A DNA stretch of 64,000 nucleotides from Candidatus Poribacteria bacterium (lineage in GTDB: Bacteria > Poribacteria > WGA-4E > WGA-3G): positions 1,344,001 to 1,408,000 of the forward strand of contig OZ251518.1 in the NCBI GenBank assembly GCA_965242965.1, written 5' to 3'. This document shows positions 39,756 through 48,231 of this stretch, piece by piece. The translations under genes and the position numbers were made by a program. Position 1 is the first letter of the stretch, and each line of letters opens with the position of its first letter. Under the pieces are notes generated by a model. That model was not told where the DNA came from and searched no databases. It saw only the letters and a list, made by a program, of their open reading frames with translations.

Positions 39756-40361
39756 TTACGCCTTCTGTTTCACCATACTGACGAGGATGCCGAGGATGTT
39801 GTTGCAACGTTCAATGTGATAGACTGTCAAGTCAATCGCGAGTTGCTGTCCCTCCAATTTGAGGAACCGCCAGAGCACACCTGTAGTGGTAGCACCGTAA
39901 ACGTGCGGGATGTCATTCCCTGCCTCGGCGTTAAAGCGTTGCGCCGCAACCATTTCTGCCACGCACTGCCCGAGCCCACCTTCCAAATCATCGTCCTTCG
40001 CCTCAACAAGGATGATAACCGGTGCCTCCAAATGAAATTGGACCGGGGAGAGACTTATCAAAAAGTCACATACGCCGACTAAGTCGCTTTCACGCTCAAC
40101 GTTAAAGTCTATCCCCGAGAAAAGACTGATACGGCGTTCAAAGTGCTCGCGAAGTTCAACGAGAATGTCCGCGACGATTAATTCCGACTTCGCCTTCTCT
40201 GTCCCGATAGCGGCAGCTAACGGCAGTTTGCGCTCCAAGCCTGTCGTGAGATACGCGCTCGGTTCCACCGGAGGGCTGTCAGAAAACAGTTCTTCTACAT
40301 CAATCTCTTCTAACTGAAACGTTTTTTTCACGGTGCCTAACGTAAAATTGCTATACGGCAT
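39756..40361 (-). CDS. PD-(D/E)XK nuclease-like array protein, copy 13 (last transcribed)
   Basis: 606 bp; TEKAKSE, GVCDF, VEAK, GQCVAEM, VYGATT. Confidence 0.8.
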   Translation of the reverse strand: MPYSNFTLGTVKKTFQLEEIDVEELFSDSPPVEPSAYLTTGLERKLPLAAAIGTEKAKSELIVADILVELREHFERRISLFSGIDFNVERESDLVGVCDFLISLSPVQFHLEAPVIILVEAKDDDLEGGLGQCVAEMVAAQRFNAEAGNDIPHVYGATTTGVLWRFLKLEGQQLAIDLTVYHIERCNNILGILVSMVKQKA

Positions 40362-40401
40362 GACGAAAGAACCTCCTGTGTTCGGAATGCTCACCGACAA
40401 T

Positions 40402-41007
40402 TCACGCCTTCTGTTTTACCATACTGGCGAGGATGCCGAGGATGCTGTCGCACTGGGAAATTTGGTAGGCTGTCAAGTCAATAGAGAGTTTCTGTCCCTC
40501 TAATTTCAGGAACAGCCATTCTGTTCCCGACGTGGTGGCACCATAAACGCGCGGGATGTCATTCCCTGCCTCGGCGTTAAAGCGTTGCGCCGCAACCATC
40601 TCGGCGACACATTGCCCAAGCCCGTCTGTCAGACTGTCCCTTTTCGCCGCAACAAGGACGACAACCGGTGCCTCTAAATCCAATCGTTCGGGAGAGAGAC
40701 TCAGTAAAAAATCACACACTCCAACCAATTTGGCATTGGCATCAACGTTAAAGTCAATGCCGGAAAAAAGACTGACGCGGTTGTCAAAGTGGACGCAAAG
40801 TTCAACGAGAACATCCACGACGATTAGTTCCGACTTCGCCTTCTCTGTCCCGATAGCGAGGGCGAAGGGTAGATTACGCTCCAACACCGCGGTGAGATGT
40901 TCACTCGGTGCCACCGGTTCAATGTGGGCGAATATGCCTCGCTCCTCAATCGTCTCAAGTTGAAAGGCTCTTCGGACTGTGCCGAGTGTAAAGTTGCTAT
41001 AGGCCAT
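40402..41007 (-). CDS. PD-(D/E)XK nuclease-like array protein, copy 12 (EAK changed to AAK)
   Basis: 606 bp; putative catalytic Glu replaced by Ala (codon 40648-40650). Confidence 0.8.
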   Translation of the reverse strand: MAYSNFTLGTVRRAFQLETIEERGIFAHIEPVAPSEHLTAVLERNLPFALAIGTEKAKSELIVVDVLVELCVHFDNRVSLFSGIDFNVDANAKLVGVCDFLLSLSPERLDLEAPVVVLVAAKRDSLTDGLGQCVAEMVAAQRFNAEAGNDIPRVYGATTSGTEWLFLKLEGQKLSIDLTAYQISQCDSILGILASMVKQKA

Positions 41008-41035
41008 GATGAAAAATCCTCCAAGGGACAGTGGC

Positions 41036-41641
41036 TCACGCTTCCTGCGACACCATGCTCGCAAGGATACCCAGAATCTTGTCGCATTGCGCAAGTTGGT
41101 AAGGCACCAGATCGATTTGGAGTTGCTGGCGTTCCAATCAAAGGAAGAGCCAATCTAATCCCGTGGTGATGACACCGTAAACGCGCGGGATGTCATTCGC
41201 TTTTTGGGCATTAAAGCGTTGGGCGGCTACCATCTCCGCAACACACTGCCCAAACCCACTTTCCAATTTATCGTTCTTTGCCTCTACGACAATGATAACA
41301 GGTGCCTCAACCAAGGTGAGTCCCGCCGATAGGCTTATCAGAAAATCGCATATCCCGATTAAGCCGCTCTCCGTATCGACGTTGAATTCAATCCCCGAAA
41401 AAAAACTAATGCGCCGTTCTAACTGCTCCCGGAGTTCAACGAGCACCTGTGCGACAATTAACTCGGATTTTGCTTTCTCTGTCGCGAGGCTCACCGCTAA
41501 CGGGACATTTCGTTCCAACGTTGTGGCAAGATGCGCACTCGGTGCCACCGGTTTAATGTGAGAGAACAAGCCTTGCACATCAATCTTCTCCAGATGGAAA
41601 GCTGGCAACACCGTCTCCAACGTAAAACTGCTATACGCCAT
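41036..41641 (-). pseudogene. Array copy 11 with in-frame TGA
   Basis: 606-bp frame intact except TGA at 41138-41140 (WLFL*LERQQLQIDL..MVSQEA). Confidence 0.8.
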
Positions 41642-41668
41642 GATGAAAAGCCCTCCGCTGCCGACAAT

Positions 41669-42274
41669 TCACGCCTTTTGGTTCACCATACTCGCAAGGA
41701 TACCGAGGAGTTTGCCGCACTGACTAATATGGTAGGTTGCCATGTCAATGGAGAGTGTCTGTCCCTCTAATTTGAGGAACAGCCACTCTGTCCCCGATGT
41801 GGTGGCCCCATAGACGCACGGAATCTCATTCCCGGCTTCGGCGTTAAAGCGTTGCGCCGCAACCATCTCCGCAACACACTGCCCGAGTCCATCTGTCAGA
41901 CTGTCCTTTTTCGCTTCAACAAGAACGATGACAGGGGCCCTCACAGACATGCGGTTTGTGGACAGACTGACTAAAAAATCGCACACGCCTGTTAGTTCTT
42001 GACTCGCGTCAACGTTGAAATCTACCCCCGAAAAAAGACTGACGCGGCCCTCAAAGAGCTCACAGAGTTCAACGAGAATATCGGCAACAATGAGTTCGGA
42101 TTTCGCCTTCTCGGTATTCATGGCGATGGCTAACGGTGCCTTTTTCGCCAGTCCGGTGGCAAGGTATGCGCTCGGCTCCACCGGTTCTACTTGAGAGAAG
42201 AGTCCGGCTGTCCAGCGCGGATTCAACTGAAATGCTTCCTCTACCTTATCAATAGTAAAGTCGCTATACGCCAT
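41669..42274 (-). CDS. PD-(D/E)XK nuclease-like array protein, copy 10
   Basis: 606 bp; conserved motifs. Confidence 0.8.
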   Translation of the reverse strand: MAYSDFTIDKVEEAFQLNPRWTAGLFSQVEPVEPSAYLATGLAKKAPLAIAMNTEKAKSELIVADILVELCELFEGRVSLFSGVDFNVDASQELTGVCDFLVSLSTNRMSVRAPVIVLVEAKKDSLTDGLGQCVAEMVAAQRFNAEAGNEIPCVYGATTSGTEWLFLKLEGQTLSIDMATYHISQCGKLLGILASMVNQKA

Positions 42275-42300
42275 GATGAAAACCCTCCGCCGCTGAAAAG

Positions 42301-42906
42301 TTACGCCTTTTGGTTCACCATACTCGCAAGGATGCCGAGGATTTTGTCGCACCGCTCAATATGGTAGGCTGCCATGTCAATGGAGAGCTGCCGTCCTGCC
42401 AATTTCAGGAACAGCCACTCTGTCCCGGACGTGACAGCCCCATAGACGTAGGGAATGTCATTCGCTTTTTCGGCGTTAAAGCGTTGGGCGGCAACCATCT
42501 CGGCGACACATTGCCCAAGCCCATCTGTCAGACTGTCCTTTTTCGCTTCGACAAGGACAATCACTGGTGCCTTTAAAGAGAATTGTCCCGGCGATAAACT
42601 GAGCACGAAGTCACATACGCCGGACAAGTCATTTGCGGCATCCACGTTGAATTCAATCCCGGAGAAAAGGCTGATGCGGCCGTCAAAATGCTCGCGGAGT
42701 TCAACGAGGATATCAGCGACAATCAGTTCCGACTTTGCCTTCTCCGTGCCGATAGCCTTCGCTAACGGTGCCTTTCTTGCCAAGGATTGGGTAAGGAGTG
42801 CGCTAGGTTCCACCGGTTCACTATCGGCAAAAATGCCGGCAGCACCTATCTCCTCAAGTTGAAAGGTTTCCTCCACCTTGTCTAGGGTAAAACTGCTATA
42901 CGGCAT
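42301..42906 (-). CDS. PD-(D/E)XK nuclease-like array protein, copy 9
   Basis: 606 bp; conserved motifs. Confidence 0.8.
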   Translation of the reverse strand: MPYSSFTLDKVEETFQLEEIGAAGIFADSEPVEPSALLTQSLARKAPLAKAIGTEKAKSELIVADILVELREHFDGRISLFSGIEFNVDAANDLSGVCDFVLSLSPGQFSLKAPVIVLVEAKKDSLTDGLGQCVAEMVAAQRFNAEKANDIPYVYGAVTSGTEWLFLKLAGRQLSIDMAAYHIERCDKILGILASMVNQKA

Positions 42907-42945
42907 GATGAAAATACCTCCGATGTTCGGCATCGCGCCGCCATG

Positions 42946-43551
42946 TCATGCTTGCTGCGACACCATACTCGCAAGGATACCGAGGATTTTGTCGCACCGT
43001 TCAAGTGTGTAAACCCTCATATCCACGTGGAGCTGCTGTCCCGTCAATTTCAGGAACCGCCAATTGATGCCTGTGGTAGTGGCACCGTAAACAGACGGAA
43101 TGTCATTCCCTTTTTGGGCATTAAAGCGTTGCGCTGCAATCATCTCCGCCGCACACTGCCCAAGGCCGACTTCCAAATTGTCGTCTTTTGCCTCTACCAG
43201 AATGATGGCAGGAGCCTCTAAAGAAAACTGCCACGGCGACAAACTTACCAGGAAATCACACACGCCTGTCAACTCCTTGTCAGCATCCACAGTAAAATTA
43301 ATGCCGGAAAAAAGACTGACGCGGTGTTCAAAATGCTCGCGGATTTCAATGAGGATTTGGGCGACGATCATTTCCGATTTTGCTTTCTTCGTGCCGATGG
43401 CAGTGGCTAACCACACATTTCTCGCCAACAAGCTCGTCAGAAATTCACTCGGTTTCACCGGTGCCATGTCCGCGAAGATGCCCGTGGCGTTAATTCGTTC
43501 TAATTGAAACGCCTCCTGCACCGTATCAATGGTAAAGTCGCTATACGCCAT
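42946..43551 (-). CDS. PD-(D/E)XK nuclease-like array protein, copy 8 (TEK changed to TKK)
   Basis: 606 bp; otherwise invariant Glu replaced by Lys (43387-43389). Confidence 0.8.
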   Translation of the reverse strand: MAYSDFTIDTVQEAFQLERINATGIFADMAPVKPSEFLTSLLARNVWLATAIGTKKAKSEMIVAQILIEIREHFEHRVSLFSGINFTVDADKELTGVCDFLVSLSPWQFSLEAPAIILVEAKDDNLEVGLGQCAAEMIAAQRFNAQKGNDIPSVYGATTTGINWRFLKLTGQQLHVDMRVYTLERCDKILGILASMVSQQA

Positions 43552-43590
43552 GATGAGAACCCCTCTGTTGTTAGGCGACGCACGGACACG

Positions 43591-44196
43591 TCACGCCTGC
43601 TGCGACACCATACTCGTAAGGATACCGAGGATTTTGTCACACTGCGCAATAGGGTAGGTGCCCAAATCAATGGAGAGTGTCTGCCCTGCCAATTTCAGGA
43701 ACAGCCACTCTGTCCCCGATGTGGTGGCACCATAGACGCACGGAATGTCATTGCCGGCATCCGCATTAAAGCGTTGCGCCGCAACCATCTCCGCAGCGCA
43801 TTGCCCAACGCCTAGTTTCACATCTGCATTTTTCGCTTCAACCAGCGCGATGACAGGGGCCTCCAAATCAAAGTGCTGGGGCGACAGACTCACCAAAAAA
43901 TCACATACGCCTGTCAGTTCGTTTGTCGCATCGACGTTGAAATCAATGCCCGAAAACAGACTCACCCGGTCGGCAAAGCGTAAGCAGAGCTCCACCAGCA
44001 CCGGCGCGATAATCAGTTCCGATTTCGCCTTCTCCGTCCCCATCGTTAGCGCAAACGGCAAATGCCGCTCCAAGAGCGTGGTGAGTTCTGCACTCGGCTC
44101 CACCGGTTCACTGCCAGCAAAGATGCCTCGCTTCTGAACCAATTCTAGATGAAAAGCGCGCGATACTTTGCTGAGGGTAAAACTACTATATGCCAT
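43591..44196 (-). CDS. PD-(D/E)XK nuclease-like array protein, copy 7
   Basis: 606 bp; conserved motifs. Confidence 0.8.
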   Translation of the reverse strand: MAYSSFTLSKVSRAFHLELVQKRGIFAGSEPVEPSAELTTLLERHLPFALTMGTEKAKSELIIAPVLVELCLRFADRVSLFSGIDFNVDATNELTGVCDFLVSLSPQHFDLEAPVIALVEAKNADVKLGVGQCAAEMVAAQRFNADAGNDIPCVYGATTSGTEWLFLKLAGQTLSIDLGTYPIAQCDKILGILTSMVSQQA

Positions 44197-44234
44197 GATA
44201 AAAAGCCTCCGCTGTTCGGCAGCGCGCCGCCAAA

Positions 44235-44840
44235 TCATGCCTCCTGCGATACCATACTCGCGAGAATGCCCAAGATTTTGGCGCATTGTGTCAGTTGGTA
44301 AGGGGATGCGTCAATGGAGAGTGTCTGTCCCTCTAACTTGAGGAATAGCCAATCTAATCCCGATGTGGTGGCCCCATAGACGCACGGGATATCATTCCCC
44401 TTTTCGGCATTGAAGCGTTGGGCGGCTACCATCTCCGCAACACATTGCCCGAGTCCATCTGTCAGACTGTCCTTTTTCGCCTCAACAAGGATGATAACGG
44501 GGGCTTCCAACACATAGGCATCTGCCGACAGGCTCACTAAAAAGTCGCACACGCCCACTAATTTAGCATCAATATCTACGTTGAAGTCAATCCCCGAAAA
44601 AAGACTCACCCGGTTGTCAAAGTGCTCACAAAGTTCAACGAGCACTTGCGCGACAATCAACTCGGACTTCGCCTTCTCTGTGGCCATGGACAGCGCGTGG
44701 GACACATTGCGCGCCAATATTGCCGCGAGTAGCGCGCTCGGTTCCACCGGTTCACTGTCTGCAAAGAGACCTTTCGTTCGGACTATTTCTAGTTTAAACG
44801 TTTCCATAGCGGCAGCTAAGGTAAAACTGCTATATGCCAT
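44235..44840 (-). CDS. PD-(D/E)XK nuclease-like array protein, copy 6
   Basis: 606 bp; conserved motifs. Confidence 0.8.
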   Translation of the reverse strand: MAYSSFTLAAAMETFKLEIVRTKGLFADSEPVEPSALLAAILARNVSHALSMATEKAKSELIVAQVLVELCEHFDNRVSLFSGIDFNVDIDAKLVGVCDFLVSLSADAYVLEAPVIILVEAKKDSLTDGLGQCVAEMVAAQRFNAEKGNDIPCVYGATTSGLDWLFLKLEGQTLSIDASPYQLTQCAKILGILASMVSQEA

Positions 44841-44879
44841 GATGAAAAGCCCTCCGCTGTTCGGTAGCGCGCCGACACG

Positions 44880-45485
44880 TCATGCCTGCTGCGACACCAT
44901 ACTCGTAAGGATACCCAGGAGTTTGTCGCACTGACTAATATAGTAGGGTGCCAAGTCAATGGAGAGTGTCTGTCCCTCCAATTTCAGGAACAGCCAATCT
45001 AACCCAGACGTAGTCGCACCATAAATGCACGGAACGTCATTCCCCGCCTCGGCGTTAAAGCGTTGCGCCGCAACCATCTCCGCAACACACTGCCCGACAC
45101 CCTGCTTCACATCCGCATTTTTCGCCTCGACGAGCGCGATGACGGGAGCCTCCAACTCAAACGTCTCCGGCGACAGACTCACTAAAAAATCACACACACC
45201 TGCCAATCCGTTGGTGGCATCGACGTTGAAGTCAATCCCCGAAAAAAGACTCACCCGGTTGTCGAAGTGTAAGCAGAGCTCCACGAGAACCGGCGCGACA
45301 ACCATCTCCGATTTCGCCTTCTCTGTCCCCATCGCCAACGCAAACGGCAAATTCCGCTTCAGCGTCGCAGAAAGATGGGCACTCGGCTCCACCGGTTCAA
45401 TACCGGCAAAGAGCCCAAATCTCCGAACTGTCTCAAGGTGAAAGGTTCTTGACACCTTGCCTAGCGTAAAGTTGCTGTACGCCAT
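44880..45485 (-). CDS. PD-(D/E)XK nuclease-like array protein, copy 5
   Basis: 606 bp; conserved motifs. Confidence 0.8.
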   Translation of the reverse strand: MAYSNFTLGKVSRTFHLETVRRFGLFAGIEPVEPSAHLSATLKRNLPFALAMGTEKAKSEMVVAPVLVELCLHFDNRVSLFSGIDFNVDATNGLAGVCDFLVSLSPETFELEAPVIALVEAKNADVKQGVGQCVAEMVAAQRFNAEAGNDVPCIYGATTSGLDWLFLKLEGQTLSIDLAPYYISQCDKLLGILTSMVSQQA

Positions 45486-45513
45486 AATGAAAACACCTCC
45501 GTTACTGAAGAAT

Positions 45514-46119
45514 TTACGCCTGCTGTGATACCATACTCGCAAGGATACCCAGAATCTTATCGCAACGCGCGATAGGATAGGCACCCAAGTCTATCGAGAG
45601 CGTCTTTCCTGCCAACTTGAGGAACAGCCAATTGAATCCGGACGTGGTGGCACCATAGACGCACGGGATATCATTCCCCTTTTCGGCGTTAAAACGTTGC
45701 ACCGCAACCATCTCGGCAACACACTGCCCAAGTCCATATGTCAGACTGTCCTTTTTCGCTTCAACGAGGATAATGGCCGGGGCCTCTACTTCAAACGCCT
45801 GGGGCGGCAGACTCACCAAAAAATCACACACACCCATCAAACCGTTGGTGGCATCAACGTTGAAGTCAATCCCCGAAAAAAGACTCACCCGGTCGGCAAA
45901 GTGCAAGCAGAGTTCCACGAGAATGTCCGCGACAATCAACTCCGATTTCGCCTTCTCCGTCCCCATCGCCACCGCAAACGGCAGTTTACGCTCCAAGGCC
46001 GCGGTGAGATGTTCACTCGGTGCCACGGGTTCAATATCCGCAAAGATGCCGCGCCGCCGAATCGTTTCCAGTTGAAAGGTGCGCGACACTTGGCTGAGGG
46101 TAAAACTCCTATACGCCAT
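45514..46119 (-). CDS. PD-(D/E)XK nuclease-like array protein, copy 4
   Basis: 606 bp; conserved motifs. Confidence 0.8.
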   Translation of the reverse strand: MAYRSFTLSQVSRTFQLETIRRRGIFADIEPVAPSEHLTAALERKLPFAVAMGTEKAKSELIVADILVELCLHFADRVSLFSGIDFNVDATNGLMGVCDFLVSLPPQAFEVEAPAIILVEAKKDSLTYGLGQCVAEMVAVQRFNAEKGNDIPCVYGATTSGFNWLFLKLAGKTLSIDLGAYPIARCDKILGILASMVSQQA

Positions 46120-46145
46120 CAGGAAAAACCTCCGCTGATGAAAAG

Positions 46146-46751
46146 TCACGCCGCCTGCGATACCATACTCGTAAGGATACCCAAAATCTTGTCGCATTGC
46201 ACAAGTTGGTAGACTGTCATGTCAATGGAGAGTGTTTGTCCCTCCAATTTCAGGAAGAACCACTCTGTCCCCGATGTGGTGGCACCATAGACACACGGAA
46301 TGTCATTGCCCGCATCCGTGTTGAAACGTTGCGCCGCAACCATCTCCGCGACACATTGCCCAAGCCCATCGGTGAGACTATCCCTTTTCGCTTCAACGAG
46401 GATAATGGCCGGTGCCTCTACTTCAAAGGCCTGGGGAGACAGACTCACCAAAAAATCACACACACCCATCAAACCGTTGGTGGCATCCACATTGAAGTCA
46501 ATCCCTGAAAAAAGACTCACGCGATTGTCGAAGTGTAAGCAGAGCTCCACCAGCACCTGCGCGACAACCATCTCCGATTTCGCCTTCTCTGTCCCCATCG
46601 TTAGCGCAAACGGCAGATTGCGCTCCAGGACCATGGTAAGTTGCGCACTTGGCTCTACCGGTTCAATGCCAGCAAAGATACCACGCTTCCGAATCGTCTC
46701 AAGGTGAAAAGTCTTTGACACCTTGCCTAGGGTAAAACTGCTATACGCCAT
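46146..46751 (-). CDS. PD-(D/E)XK nuclease-like array protein, copy 3
   Basis: 606 bp; conserved motifs. Confidence 0.8.
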   Translation of the reverse strand: MAYSSFTLGKVSKTFHLETIRKRGIFAGIEPVEPSAQLTMVLERNLPFALTMGTEKAKSEMVVAQVLVELCLHFDNRVSLFSGIDFNVDATNGLMGVCDFLVSLSPQAFEVEAPAIILVEAKRDSLTDGLGQCVAEMVAAQRFNTDAGNDIPCVYGATTSGTEWFFLKLEGQTLSIDMTVYQLVQCDKILGILTSMVSQAA

Positions 46752-46778
46752 GATGAGAAGACCTCCCTTTTCATCCGA

Positions 46779-47384
46779 CTATGCCTGCTGCGACACCATA
46801 CTCACAAGGATACCGAGGAGTTTGCCGCACTGACTAATATGGTAGGTTGCCATGTCAATGGAGAGTGCCTGTCCCTCTAATTTCAGGAACAGCCACTCTG
46901 TCCCCGATGTGGTGGCACCATAGACGCACGGAATGTCATTGCCGGCATCCGCATTAAAGCGTTGCGCCGCAACCATCTCCGCCGCGCACTGCCCAACGCC
47001 TAGTTTCACATCCGCATTTTTCGCCTCAACCAGCGCGATGACAGGGGCCTCCAAATCAAAGCGCTGCGGCGACAGACTCACCAAAAAATCACATACGCCT
47101 GTCAGTTCGTTTGCCGCATCGACGTTGAAGTCAATCCCCGAAAAAAGACTCACCCGGTTTTCAAAGTGCAAGCACAACTCAATCAGAATCTGAGCAACGA
47201 TCAACTCCGATTTCGCCTTCTCTGTCCCCATCGCCAGCGCAAACGGCAGATTCCGCTTGAGGACAGCGGCGAGTTCTTCGCTCGGCTCCACCGGTTCAAT
47301 GTCCGCAAAGAGTGCCGGCTGCCAAACTGTCTCCAACTGAAAGGTGCGCGACACTTTGCCTAACGTGAAACTACTATACGCCAT
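46779..47384 (-). CDS. PD-(D/E)XK nuclease-like array protein, copy 2
   Basis: 606 bp; conserved motifs. Confidence 0.8.
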   Translation of the reverse strand: MAYSSFTLGKVSRTFQLETVWQPALFADIEPVEPSEELAAVLKRNLPFALAMGTEKAKSELIVAQILIELCLHFENRVSLFSGIDFNVDAANELTGVCDFLVSLSPQRFDLEAPVIALVEAKNADVKLGVGQCAAEMVAAQRFNADAGNDIPCVYGATTSGTEWLFLKLEGQALSIDMATYHISQCGKLLGILVSMVSQQA

Positions 47385-47411
47385 GATGAGAAAACCTCAC
47401 TTTTCATCCGA

Positions 47412-48017
47412 CTATACCTGCTGCGATACCATACTCGCTAGGATGCCCAAGATCTTGTCGCACCGCTCAATATGGTAGGCTGCCATGTCAACGGAGAGCG
47501 TCTGTCCCTCCAATTTCAGGAACAGCCACTCTGTCCCCGACGTGGTGGCACCATAGACGCACGGGATATCATTCCCCTTTTCGACGTTAAAGCGTTGGGC
47601 GGCAACCATCTCCGCAACACACTGCCCAAGCCCATCCTTGAGACTATCCTTTTTCGCCTCCACCAATACGATGACAGGGGCTTTCAGAGACATTTGGTTC
47701 GGCGACAGACTCACCAAAAAATCGCAAACCCCCGTTAACTTGTTTTCGGCATCGACGTTGAAATCAATCCCCGAAAACAGACTCACGCGCCTGTCAAAGT
47801 GCTCACAAAGCTCAATCAGAATATCCGCAACGATAAGTTCCGACTTCGCCTTCTCTGTCCCAATAGCGACGGCTATCGGGGCCTTTTTCGCCAAGCCGGT
47901 GGTAAGATACGCACTCGGCTCCACCGAGGGTGCTTCAGAAAAGATGCCGCTCCTCCAAAGCGTCTCCAACTGAAATGCTTCCTCCACCATATCTATTGTA
48001 AAGTCGCTATACGCCAT
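47412..48017 (-). CDS. PD-(D/E)XK nuclease-like array protein, copy 1 (promoter-proximal)
   Basis: 606 bp; SD GGAGG; conserved motifs. Confidence 0.8.
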   Translation of the reverse strand: MAYSDFTIDMVEEAFQLETLWRSGIFSEAPSVEPSAYLTTGLAKKAPIAVAIGTEKAKSELIVADILIELCEHFDRRVSLFSGIDFNVDAENKLTGVCDFLVSLSPNQMSLKAPVIVLVEAKKDSLKDGLGQCVAEMVAAQRFNVEKGNDIPCVYGATTSGTEWLFLKLEGQTLSVDMAAYHIERCDKILGILASMVSQQV

Positions 48018-48055
48018 GATGAGAAAACCCTCCCAGATGCTATCTCTGTATTTAT

Positions 48056-48084
48056 AGTATAACCTATTTCTCAGCAAAATGCAA
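48056..48084 (-). promoter_or_regulatory. Sigma70-like promoter heading the 13-gene array
   Basis: TTGCAT-17 bp-TATACT, about 40 bp upstream of ATG 48017. Confidence 0.65.
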
Positions 48085-48231
48085 GCAAAATTAAACGAGG
48101 ATGTTTCATAACTCCGTTTCGGTATTTATTCCCCCTTGGGGCGCGGGCGAATATCGCGCCCTCATCGAGACCAGGAGGTCTCTCCTACCGGGAAAACATC
48201 AAGCCCCAAGCGAAAACGAAAACGGCCTAAC

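Noticed and set aside
41138-41140. Selenocysteine recoding of the in-frame TGA
   Set aside because: The aligned residue in the other 12 copies is Lys, not Cys, and I see no convincing SECIS; a nonsense mutation (for example from an Arg codon) is simpler
40556-47973. Repeated plus-strand ~135-aa ORFs (MSFP..ALKRCAATISATHCP) antisense to the array
   Set aside because: These are shadows of the conserved minus-strand genes, mostly starting at the Asp-Ile codons, with no SD support
39756-48017. Array as integron cassettes or as DGR targets
   Set aside because: Spacers of 26-40 bp lack attC-like structure; there is no integrase or reverse transcriptase in the window; variation is spread over whole genes rather than confined to a template/variable repeat pair
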